From: Phoronis australis
Taxonomy: Eukaryota > Animalia > Phoronida
NCBI GenBank assembly: GCA_002633005.1
Contig: NMRA01000140.1
Coordinates: forward strand, 124,001 to 188,000
DNA: 64,000 nucleotides
Reading direction: 5' to 3'
A program made the translations under genes and the position numbers. A model generated the notes under the pieces. That model was not told the DNA's origin and ran no database searches. It saw only the letters and a list, made by a program, of their open reading frames with translations. Each line of letters starts with the position of its first letter. The first letter of the stretch is position 1. Positions 1 to 12,271 of this stretch are shown here, piece by piece.

Positions 1-1237
1 ATTTAGATTTCTAGCAATAACACGAGTAGCTCTTCTTCTGAAAATAAGCGTAGGTGTAAAAGCGCGTTTGGGGTAATACCAAAGGCGGTGGAGGTGGGAG
101 ACGGGGGCTTTTAGCTCCCCACATTTTGTCAGGTGCTGTTTACATTTTTACGTTGCAAGTCATTTCAGACATGCTTCCTGTATCAAAAAATCAGCCTATC
201 ATTTCCCTAGCAATATCTTGATGTTTTATAACAAACCTTTTTTGTTAAAATGGAAGTATCAAACCACACAGAAGGTAAATGAACTCAACTCACACAAGCA
301 GTTTGATGTTTCTCTCTAGAAAATTTGCGGAATGCCTGTGCTAAACTCAACAGTCTTAATGTTCCAAGCTAATCACAGAAGAATAAACCGTCTATGTTTA
401 TATTTAAGGTGAGTGTAGGTGATAAAATTCCCCATCGCTCATTCTTTTAGAAGGCTAACACTGAGGCAGATATGCACATGGGTTGCAAGTATTGTGAAGA
501 ACATGTGCTCTCCTCCACAATAACTTGTTTTTGCCACATGTAACACGTGTTATGTTTAGAGAACTGCTTGGACCCACCAGACACATGCCTCTATTCAAAT
601 CAAGACGAGAGCTTGAAAATGTCAATTGAACAGTTTTCCTGAATTAAAACTACATAGGTAATTGTGTGATCACTTGAGCATGAAATGATATTTTTTCTGT
701 ATGGAATTTTATTAATTTCACTTTCCTGTGTTCTTTGTCTCAACAAATTCCTCGCTTAAAGTTTTCAAATCATGGAAAGTTTTTCTAGTTTTGGACCAAA
801 TTTACTGAATTCTTGTTGCAATATTCAGAACATACTTTTTTAAATTTGAAGGCATAATAAAAACACAAATGGAGAGAACAGTTCACATCATTAGAGCATT
901 CCCCCACAACTGATTTTTAATGAAAACCAAAGAAAAACATTTACAGTTGTAAGTTTGCATGGCCCCTCTGGTAGTATATAACCAAGGCTTGTCTTTAACA
1001 TTCCAAGAGAACAGCCCACTTCTGCAGTGTGTATTTAGTCAGAGACATAAATCAAGGATAGAAATCACATCCTGTCAGTATCTAATTCACTGATGCAGTA
1101 CAGGCCTCATTCATCACACAAGGTGGAAACTCTCATTAGCTACAGTGGCTCGAAAGGAAAACTGGAATATTCTAGTAGTGATTTCTTGTCAACATTTCGT
1201 ATTATCATGGTGCTCACATTCAAATTTCACTGCATTC

Positions 1238-1761
1238 NNNNNNNNNNNNNNNNNNNNNNNNNNNNNNNNNNNNNNNNNNNNNNNNNNNNNNNNNNNNNNN
1301 NNNNNNNNNNNNNNNNNNNNNNNNNNNNNNNNNNNNNNNNNNNNNNNNNNNNNNNNNNNNNNNNNNNNNNNNNNNNNNNNNNNNNNNNNNNNNNNNNNNN
1401 NNNNNNNNNNNNNNNNNNNNNNNNNNNNNNNNNNNNNNNNNNNNNNNNNNNNNNNNNNNNNNNNNNNNNNNNNNNNNNNNNNNNNNNNNNNNNNNNNNNN
1501 NNNNNNNNNNNNNNNNNNNNNNNNNNNNNNNNNNNNNNNNNNNNNNNNNNNNNNNNNNNNNNNNNNNNNNNNNNNNNNNNNNNNNNNNNNNNNNNNNNNN
1601 NNNNNNNNNNNNNNNNNNNNNNNNNNNNNNNNNNNNNNNNNNNNNNNNNNNNNNNNNNNNNNNNNNNNNNNNNNNNNNNNNNNNNNNNNNNNNNNNNNNN
1701 NNNNNNNNNNNNNNNNNNNNNNNNNNNNNNNNNNNNNNNNNNNNNNNNNNNNNNNNNNNNN
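1238..1761. other. Assembly gap (N run)
   Basis: 524 N. Confidence 0.99.
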
Positions 1762-4700
1762 CTTTTTGCCAGGGTATTAAGTTAGAGTGGCAATAAACTC
1801 TGTTCCATCCAAGAAACTATCTGTTAATTTAGACTACTTTCCTGTCAAATTGGTGTCAACCTGTTCCTTACCAAGATGCGACCATCCTCAGGGAATAAAA
1901 TGACTTGCCTTACTATTCAACTTGTACAGCCTGATCTGAATTAAAAAACTGCCAGTACATTGCAAACCCAGAAATCACCCGTTTTGACGAGACCAAGTTT
2001 ATAACGGCAGGTAGTCTAAATCAAAAACTTTTTGTGGTGCTTTAAATTATAGGGTATCCAACTAATTTATTCATTGTCTGCTTTTGACATAAATGGTGTA
2101 AACAGGCTATTTTAAATCGCTTGTACTTGGGATTGGAATTCACCAAAACAACCACACTTATTTTGTCAGTTGAAAGGGGGTGGGGGTTGTGGAGGGGAGC
2201 GGGTACTTGATCCTATGTTGGATGGATTGTACCTATTGCTGGTTCTTGAAAGGTGATTATATTGGTGCAATGTCATTTTTGTATTGCTTGGATACAGAAT
2301 GACGGGGTGGGGGGGGGGTAATTTATGTCATGTTAGGGGGTTCTTGTATGTGTTGAAAGAGAGTTATGGACATAATATTAGAGGGTTTTGGTATGATGTT
2401 GAACCAGAGGGCGATCAGTGTTGTAGCATGGACAAAAAATAAATGTTTTCAACTTGGCTGTTTAAAGCAGTTTTCGAAGAGGTCAGACCATCTGAAAAAT
2501 TGCAAAGCTGAACTCCTGCCATTTTAAGCGCAGATTAAATGATTAAAGCATTTCTACTCATAAGCATTGATACATGGTATGTGCTTTATTTCTACAATAC
2601 TGGTCACTTGAAAAATATACAAATCATGCACATGGACTCACACTCAGTGCACTTTCCACTGATAATTTCTAAGCGCAATAAGCACTTCCTTGCACCTGGC
2701 AACAAAGTGAGACCTACTGAGTGGGTGTATTACTTCAAACAGTGACACAACTTACTTTCACCTCCCCATTATGCCAAGTCATAACCACCGATGTGATACT
2801 CTCGTGGAGTGAAATCAGAAATGTGGGGTTGACTTATAACTCTGTAATTATCATTTTGTAATCCACCATGGACAAAATTGCTCAAGACCAGGTGTTTCAT
2901 GACTTGTGGTTTCCATGCACTAATCACATTACTATGAGAAAAAATTACTTGTGGCTGGATTTTGTTCTTTTGAAGGCCGTCTTCAACTGACTTTTTATGC
3001 TAGTAACAGATCTGACATTATATCTTCCTAGCTAAGGGGTTGTTCTGTTGTTTACAGCAGTGGTTGTAGACAAGCTAGATCTTATCAATATATTGCAAGT
3101 TTGCAAGTCACCATGTGCATTTGGCTTGATTGTGTATGGAAGTCACACACACCAACATTTACTGTTATAAAATGAAACAAATGCGTCCATATTGGGAGGA
3201 GGCTTGAGTTTCTTTAGAGTAGTGGCTTTTTTGGATGTATTGAGCCTTCGGAGTAGTGTTTTTTCGGAGTTGTGGGACTTCCGAATGAATGTTTTTTTGT
3301 AGTGTACCTTCGGAGTTGTGGACTCTAACTATAGATCTTAACTCATCTTACTACTGATACTGATTGTGTGGTAGGCCGCTGACTGGGGTTTGTTGGCAGT
3401 GGTGAATAGGAATACCCTGGGTTGAAAGAGACAAGTCCTTAAATGCTTTAGGAACTCTATCACTTTGGTAATCAGTGTTGGTTTGTAACCTCAGAGCAGA
3501 ATAAACACCTGTGCTCTGCCACGCTTGATCACACTCTAAGCACAACACAGGGATATGATGTATCATTTAATGGCAAAGACATGTTGAGGTGGAAAGTACA
3601 GAATGACGTCATACAATAAACAGTTACCATATTTTCGTAGATTCCACTGCAATTCCCCTTCATTTAATGTAACAACTAATCTTCCCTCATTTCCATGATG
3701 CAACAGTATTTGTTTTATAAGTTTTAAACATCATCAACAACAGGCATCAGACAGGGTCTGTTAACTTCTTATTAGTGCTGGAGTCAAAAACCAAAGACAC
3801 TTGTCTAGATATACTGGATTAACAACAATTGTGGCTTTATGCAACCCAAAACAAATGTTGCTGTATTCTGGAAAGCTGTGTAACAAGTGAAAAAGCAAAG
3901 ATTACAGGAAACACAGATTATGTTAATTTGTCAGTTATTCCACGGAAAAACAACAGCCGAAATACTCTGTTTTCATTCAAGGGCAGACCTTATTGAAGGT
4001 ATTCATAACTCTACCAAGTATTATTTTTATGTCAGACGTACTGTAAAAGTCATGCCAACAATGATTTTTAATCCTATGTTAAAAATTCTCCAGTTCCGGA
4101 TAGTCTTTACAATTTTGGACACTGAAACTCAAGCCAAAATTGAATTTTCTCTTGTGAAGATTGGAATATTGGGTAACTTAAGCATTCATCATGTTTCTTA
4201 AACATAGGAAACTGTTTTCTATCAACAAAATTAGACTTGTCAGTTCATGAAATCATTGAAAATACCAGTTGATGTAACATTTGGATGGGTCTTCATGGCA
4301 TGTAACTTTAAGGGGAATGATCACTTGACATTGATGGGAATTCTTGAATTTCGAAGTATTGCATATTTTTAAAATTTGGTACAAGCTCTGACCTTGAGCA
4401 AAATAGTTAGATTTTCATTGTCACAAACAGAATTTTTATGTGAAAATTCGCTGAGAAATTTCAGAAAGTAAAATAATAAGTTTACTCCATATTGTGTTGC
4501 ATGATTGACATCAAAATCAGCTGCAAGAAGTGAACTGAAATCCTCTGTGTTGTTCGGTGCTCATAAAGACACCATTACTTTTTTAAAAGCAATTGTATTT
4601 TACTTAAAAGAAAAAAAGAAGTCCTGAATATACCGGATAATAACCTGTCGTACATAATACTAAGCAAGGGTATTTCAAAAATGAATAGTTTGAAATTTCA

Positions 4701-5214
4701 GGTATATATGCACTGTAGTTAGCTGAAAGTTTGTGTTAAATAGCACAACTACCGCAACAAGTAACTTATGATGGAATGGTAAAATTGCACCTGAATTTAG
4801 GAACCATTATGGGCGTTGAATGAAATTTTGTCTCCTAATTTTTTCATATAAGGTATTTAGCACAAAGATCAAGTTTTGTATATCTGCACATGTTTTGAAA
4901 ATTTAGGAACTCACAACAGTGTAAGAGCTTGAAAAATGAGAGAGAGAGAGCAATTATTTTTGTCCTAAAATTAGCGAAATTTTAGTGAAATCTTGTTTTC
5001 CTTCAATTTAATGCCATCATCCAAGTTAAAGTCCACTCTTCAGAAAGCACATTTTGATTTATGCCAATTTCCGTTTTCTTATTTTTCTCTCATCAACATC
5101 CCAAGTGCTTAACCCAAACGTGTACATCTCAATAAATGGCTTCTTGTTGTCAGTCTGGCTACTATTTGCTGTGTTGCTGAGTACTTGAGTTAAAAATCCT
5201 TCTGTTTTTTACAG

Positions 5215-6622
5215 AATGCCGAAAAGCGGAGGATGGTGAAGTGTTGTCGCCTTGCCCCACACCTGGGAAAGATGGGATTTATACCTGTATCGACGGTTAT
5301 AAACTGTGTGACGGGACACGGCACTGTCCCAATGGTGAAGATGAAAATGCAACAATGTGTCTTTTTCACAATGTGGTAGGTATCTATAGCAGAATATGTG
5401 CCAAAAGTAATCAGACAAACTGACCCGGAATTCCTCGTCCTGACATACACAATTTGAATCTGTAGCAGTTACTGTCCTTTATGACTCCGAATGGCATGAT
5501 GGAAAGCATTCTGAAGTTAGGATTTGCAAAAAAGATGAGTCATTGCTAGCCACATTCACTGTTAAGAAATTAGCCAACATGATAAGAAAGCAGCAGCTTG
5601 TCCGATTATTTTAGGCTAGTGGTATATGTTCAATTTCATACACTTGAGCACCAAACTTGTAACCTAAAACGAAACCCTGTTTGGAATAAAACACGCAAAA
5701 GATGTTTACACTTGTCTTGCTTGAAAACAATGTAACAAGTAGTATTTGTTGTGCTAGTAATTCCTGTTTTGACTTTCTTAGAAACAAATTGAATCATTAA
5801 CCTAAGCGATGGGACATTTACATCTGAGTGGAATAAGCTTAACATCTGCAGTTAGATACTGAATGTTATGTGCAACAGCTAAATGCACCTGGTTTTATTA
5901 AAATAAAGTGAATTTGTCCTTGTTTTTGAAACAAATGAAATTGGAATTTACCAGGAATGTGAACTAGGCTGTATGACATCTCATTATGTCATAGAACTAT
6001 GTGCCTTTTGACAGCCCAGCCTATGGCTCTCTGTTGTGTTGGCACTGATTGGGTAATTGAAACTTGTGCTTCAGTTCCCAAACTTAATTGGGTTTCGGCT
6101 TGAATTTTCACCGTCATGTACTAAGTCAGTCATGAATCCTGGCCTCATTTGAACAGCTATCAATTCAGGGCTCATTTGAACAGCCAACAAAGATGGCAGA
6201 TCTTAACAACCATAAGTGCTGGTTCAACAGCACCAATTCTGGTTCCAAGTGAATAGTCACCAATGATGGCTCATGTGAGCAACTTCCAGAGCTAGGTCAT
6301 GTGAACAGTTACCATTGCTGACTCACATGAGCAGCCATCAATTTGGGCATCATGTGAACAGCCATCAATGCAGGCTCCATTTGAACAGCCACAAATGCTG
6401 ACCTTATGTCAACAGTTGCCAATACTGGTCCATGTGAACACCCTTCAATGCTGGTTTACATAAAAAGCCACCAAGAAGGGCCACATGGAAACATCCCATG
6501 GAGAACTTAAAAACATGAACCACAAATACTTAATGTGTTTTCTGTTTCAGACAAGGAAGAACATACAACGGGCAATGAGACAAATGACAGAATTGTCCAA
6601 AATAGTGAGGGAAACGTCATAA
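5215..6622 (+). CDS. 3' part (last two coding exons) of a Jelly belly (Jeb)/HEN-1-like single LDL-receptor class A domain protein, candidate ALK ligand
   Basis: Exon 5215-5375 (tttttacag|...GTG|gtagg) plus exon 6551-6622 (tgtttcag|...TAA) gives xCRKAEDGEVLSPCPTPGKDGIYTCIDGYKLCDGTRHCPNGEDENATMCLFHNV-TRKNIQRAMRQMTELSKIVRETS*. It has a six-Cys LDLa module with LCDG..CP.GEDE. The CPTP...G.Y.CID motif and short C-terminal tail match my recollection of the Drosophila Jeb C-terminus. Upstream exons were not located. AATAAA at 7548. Confidence 0.75.
6140..6495. repeat. Degenerate minisatellite of about 26-28 bp, roughly 13-14 units, in the last intron of the Jeb-like gene
   Basis: Consensus approximately ggctcatgtgaacagccatcaatgct. 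Confidence 0.75.
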
Positions 6623-9495
6623 CGGCTAAAGAACTAATCAACTGGGCTGTGGTTTTGACCAAGATTATGTTCTACATAGCTGTGTGTCACAAGTGGTGAT
6701 AATTTGTAATCATTCCAAGACATTGAACTATTGCTGATAAGGACAGCATACCATACGAGCAGGTCACATGGTGGTCGGAACACTATGGTGTATACAGGGG
6801 TATCATGCAATGCCATCTATGGATGAATGCTGAGGCGAACTACAGTTGGAACTAGGTATATTTGTTGATGTAGAAGAAACATTATGGCTGGAATTGGAAG
6901 GGCAGCATATTGCTCAATGTATTTTGGACTGCCCTGCAGTTTCTGGTAAATGAAAAGACGTCTTGTGTTTCATGGTTGTAATGAGTTGTAATGAAAGTGT
7001 TTCCTGCTTGCCCAGAAACTAAATCAGTTTCAAAACAAATCAGTGGCTGTGCCAATGTCAGACAAGAAACTGGTACTTAGTGAGTTGAAAGTGTACGAAA
7101 ACGAGAGTAAAGACAATGACCTCAGTGGAAGACATTAATCGGGGGACCTGATCAATGGCACAGAGGTTCCTGGACTTCCTGCTCGGTCCCTTTTATATCG
7201 CCATAATAGAGGAACATTAATGTATGTTCATTGTCACACCCGCCCTCTGTTGGCCAAGATCTTGGATTGCATCTGAACAGTCTTTGAAAGTCAAGTCATT
7301 GGTTCTTTGTAAATACTGTGGTGCAGTTCAGAGAATTTGTGCACTAGTATTCAAATTAATATATTGAAAAGTGTAAAGTGCTGTCACGAGAAATGACTTC
7401 ACAACTTTAGTTAAATCTATTTATTTATTGTACCATGGTTTAAGTGCAATATATGTGGAAACAATGTTAAGTGATACACAGTATGTATACAAACATCATG
7501 GGTGTGTATACTTTATGTGTGATGTGTTAAACTGATATTTTTATACAAATAAATATTGAGCTAATACATGTTTGTTAAAATATCAAACAACCCATTTTAC
7601 CCCTTAGTTTCTAAATTAACAAAGATTATTATTAACATGAAAATGTCCTGCAGTAAAATCATGCCAGTCATGGTCATAGCCAGCTACAAGTAGTAGCATC
7701 AGACTTGACTCGAAAAGTAATTTCTAAGCCTAAAGTACTGCCCTATTTCTGTTTGACATGTTATTATTTAGGCCGGCCTCCTGTTTGGTGGAAAGCATGA
7801 AATGAATCACTGACTGTCGTCTTCATACCTTTTAAAAGCCACACCATCTGGCGCACTTAATACGTGCCTTGTACTTATAGCCGACTGCAATCTTTTCAAA
7901 CATTTTAGTCTATGTCATGAGTGACAGCCTTTGTAGTTGTAAATCACATCCAAACATGGCGATCTGATTGGTTCGTTCACCACACTATTATAACCTTAAC
8001 ACTGATTGGTTCTTTAGAAAACCTTGATAGGTGTATGACGATTGCCGTGGCCTCGTCATTGATCCATCAGCATGTCAGAAATGAGTCGTTCGTTACAAGG
8101 TGACATTCCCGCATGTTTCATGATCCCCCACTAGGCGCATTCCATAGTCCCCTGGTATAGTTACCAATTTTTCCACTCCTCAGTTTTTCCGCCGTACACG
8201 CCACAGACCATTGAGCATGATCTCAACTCAGTAAATGGAACATCGTCGTGGCAACAGTTATACTTTCATCTCTTTTTGGGGTGAAAATGACGCCAAAGAT
8301 TGAGATTCACATTATTACGGTTGAGTTCGGGGAAAATTAATTTTATATGATAGTGTCATGCCTTCAAGGTGTACTTTAAAAGATTGCGTTTCTGGGCTTC
8401 CTGGTACATTGACTTAGGGGCTTTTTCAAAATCTCTTATTGAAACCCGGTTGCCAGAGTTCTGCCCTACCTGGGTGCAAATTATACAGAACCGGTGGAAT
8501 TTGACCACCGTATGTCAAAATTAAAGGAAACATTAATTTCTTAGAGAGTTTTTTCAGATTGGAAAAATATTTAGCACACTTGGCTGTTTTGGTGTTGGGT
8601 GATAGACGTCTAAGTTAATTAAAGCATTGTTGATTTTTACAAGATATGCTTTTGATTGTCAAAAAATCATCCAATAATTAGAATTGATACATAAACCTAT
8701 AAAACCTTGCATTTTACCTGACAAAAGAAAACCAACCTTGACATGCTAGACAGTCACATGGCAACACCCTATAAAAACTAAAGGCACACACAATACACAT
8801 TTTGAGCGAACTAAGAATTTTTAATTAGTTGCGAGACTTCAAATGACTTATAAGTCGCACTTCCCTCAGTGGCTAGCTAAAAACAAACACTGAATTAGGC
8901 CTTTTATTCTCATAAAACTGGTCTTGTAATATTCCTTACCACTCGTATAATTCTATTTACATTTACCAACAAGAACATCACAACCCTAAGCAACTCAAGC
9001 TTATTGGTGTTTGTCAACCTTTAAATTGCGAATTTGAAAATAGCATATGTACGCATTGACTGTAACTCGAGTTGAATATGGAAATGAAATATCACAGAAT
9101 GGAATATTACGAGACCGGTTAATGGCAGTAAAAGGCCCAATTTGATTTTCGGTTCTTAGTAAGCCTCTGGTACCGTTGTTGAATGGTTTTATTAACTCTT
9201 GAAACCATGATAGATAATTGGCATATGAGTCTTGATACCAGACAATAGAGTTTGGGAACTAAAACAATGGACTGACATCTGGATTTGACCTCAATTTGGA
9301 AACTGCATGAACTTGAAACCAAACACGAGGTTTTTGTACTGACAAATACGTTGTACACCGTTATTAAAATCTCGGACAGTCTGATTGACATATGTAAAAT
9401 TTCCTACGAACAATTGCCTCGTTATCGACAGTCCTTTTCTATCAAATACAAAAGAGAGTGACACAGAGTCCATTATACGTGGCCAAATGAGTCCT

Positions 9496-9580
9496 GGAGA
9501 CAATGTGGCTCAGTGGTTTCAGCTCAAGACTCCTGTTCAGGACACCTGGGTTCAAATCTTGGTCTCACTGGCTGACAATC
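9496..9580 (+). mobile_element. tRNA-derived SINE head, copy A
   Basis: GGAGACAATGTGGCTCAGTGG...GGGTTCAAATC...CACTGGCTGACAATC carries A and B boxes. A second copy lies on the minus strand at 47778-47862. Confidence 0.65.
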
Positions 9581-9879
9581 GAAACCAATTTCAGTGGCTG
9601 AGCTCATACTTTAATTAATGATTCACTGGAATGATTTAGTTTTGTATTGACCCAACTTAAAATTCACAACCAGCTTTCTTTGGATAATCTGTGCATAACT
9701 GGAAATGAACTGACATCACCAGGACCAGTGTGAATCAGGTCAGCCTTCTTTCAGCCCAAGCTGAACAGGTAGTGCACTACCCGGGGACAAAGATGGTGCT
9801 GAGTTGGATGGGTTGAAGGCTTGTAGTGGCACGAAGGTATCAGAGTCTGGGGACACGTTACACTTTGTTTTATATAAAC

Positions 9880-10087
9880 AGGTAAATAAAACAACAAGAA
9901 TGTATCAACTGGAATTTTCGGATATAAGAACGCCCTTTGTTAATAGAAACAGAAATAAAGTAAAATCAAACACTATATGACAATTGACATATACTGTTTG
10001 ATTTTACTTTATTTCTGTTTCTGTTGACAGAGGACGTTATTATATCAAAAAATTTCAGTTGATCCAGTCTTGTTGTTTTATTTACCT
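9880..10087. repeat. Spacerless 208-bp imperfect palindrome centred on CAATTG (9981-9986)
   Basis: aggtaaataaaacaacaaga...aaacagaaataaagtaaaatcaaaca...caattg...tgtttgattttactttatttctgttt...tcttgttgttttatttacct. Confidence 0.85.
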
Positions 10088-10699
10088 ATTTATGTTCTAC
10101 ATTTCGTGAAACAATAGTATCCTTGGGAGGATCTGGATCGCCTTGTTTAGTTTCAGATTTATTTTCTACTTTGTTTTATAAATTTATTTTTCAAAGTTGA
10201 ATGGCTGTTTTTCACCTTAAAGAGTCAAGAATGTGACAACATGAGTTGGTAAAATAACAGTTCACATATATCATGGGGTGATGCCCTCCGATAGACAGAC
10301 ACACACTGTAGCCGGCAGTCCCTTGGACTTTCAAGGTGATTATAGGTCTCGATCATGCTCTTTTTCATGTAGAGTTACTGCAGGCACTTAACGGTTGAGA
10401 CAACAACCACACCAAGCTGACAGCTTGTCTGCATGCCTCATTAGACTTCCATGGTTCAACGAGTCTTCACCTGGACTAGCTGTTGATGCAAGGAATCTAC
10501 AGACATCAGCGATTGGCACTTCCTAACTTTCAAGTCCTTAGGGTTACGGTTACTACCACTTCCGTGTTTACCAAGAGTAAGTTGCCACTAGAGAAGTGTG
10601 ATTACATGTGTAGTCTACCTGGTAAGTAATTATCAAGGCTCCGCTGTTACCTGGGGTTAATTATTATACAATTACTGACTTTCACCCAGGCCAACATGC

Positions 10700-10778
10700 T
10701 GGTTGCCAGACCCCAAGAATCTGATAATGACCTAGGCGGAGCCGAGGTCATTATCACATTTTTGAAGTCTGAAAACCA
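10700..10778. repeat. Hairpin of about 80 bp capped by a GGC-GGA-GCC mini-loop; likely core of a non-autonomous DNA element
   Basis: cagaccccaagaatctgataatgacctaggc-gga-gccgaggtcattatcacatttttgaagtctg. Confidence 0.6.
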
Positions 10779-12271
10779 AAATTGACCATTGTAAAATTAA
10801 TTAATTGTTTTATTATGATTACATCAGCTACATAACTCGCTGATGGAGGCTATGTTTGGACTTTTGAATGTATGTTGATCACAGACAGGTACCAGTTTTT
10901 TACTAAAAAGTTGTAGAGTGGCGTTGAAAAAACCTACGGGAGAAGCTGGGAATGGACGAAAGATCAATCCATCATACTTGGAAAAAAGATAACCTGTTTT
11001 GAAGTCATACAACGATCGTTATCACTTGGTCAAATCAATGCAATCAGAAGCTGTGTCAGCACACTGTAAGTGCACGTGCCAAAGTCTGCATGAATGACGT
11101 GTACTGAAAGTCAGCGAATATTTTAACTTTTGTAAACACTTTTTGTTCAACAGCGTGATAGTGAGAGCTGCCTTGATGAATGTTTACAGTCATCTGGTAG
11201 TTTGTATTTTATGATTATTTAAAATCAAATGCGACACCAGAATCTGGATAAATTAAAAAAGGTTTAAAATACTCATAATTTCGATGACAAGCTGGTGACA
11301 CAGTCATGAAGTTGAGGCTTGTGAAATGAGATGGACTGGGTTCGAATCTTAATAAAATAACTTCAACAAAAATTTGTGGAACAAAATTTGTAATAGTGTT
11401 ACCATAAAAGTAGTAAATATTGCAATACTGGTTTGTAACTCCATAATCTGTCCAAATCATATAACAAAGAATTTTGCATAACAGAAGCGTGCACACAGTT
11501 TTGATCCTTCGTAGCAACACGTGCTCGATTTCAAGCAAGCATCTCAACATGTTGGTGCTTGGGGAGAATTAAGTAGAAGTACACTACAAACAACATTTAC
11601 CCGTGTGAGTAAATTGTAATTATATACAGTAATAATGGCTCAAGATAATAGCATTGATCACCATTATCACACGGCTAATGATTCACCCATGAACTGTTCC
11701 TTGGTTGCGGATCAACCCTCTGACCAACCAAAGAACGAAACTAATTAGTCCCATGTTAAATCTCGCCCACTTAGGACAAAATGTCGCCGAACACTGAATT
11801 TCATTTTATATTTTTTCATGAAACAAATACAGCACACAGCTAAAAATTTCCTCTTCAAGTTGTTAACAGCTACCAGTTTTTTAAAAAATAGGGCTTTTTA
11901 AGTAATGCTAGAGGCCCTTGACACAAAAATTTTAAAAAGATAACATTTCGGCAATTATTTTGTCTGAAATCTGTGATTTTACCATATTCCTATTTGGGAC
12001 AAACGCCACGTTTTAGAGAAAATACCAATATTGTTGGTTTCACAAAAACAGGGTTCTCCACAAAACCTCAAAAATTAAATCTTTACCACGTTGGATTGCG
12101 AAGGGCATATGCGCAAATGAACACAAGCAATCGAAGGGTCGACTCCTTACAATAGGTGTTTTATTATTCACTTTACACTTCTACATTTGTTACCCAGTGA
12201 TTCTGAACTTTGACCTCTTCCACCAGACAAAACACAAACATTTAGCACAAAGTGGGACGAATGCACTATTA

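Noticed and set aside
1093-1785. 230-aa and 211-aa ORFs
   Set aside because: Artefacts of translating through the N gap.
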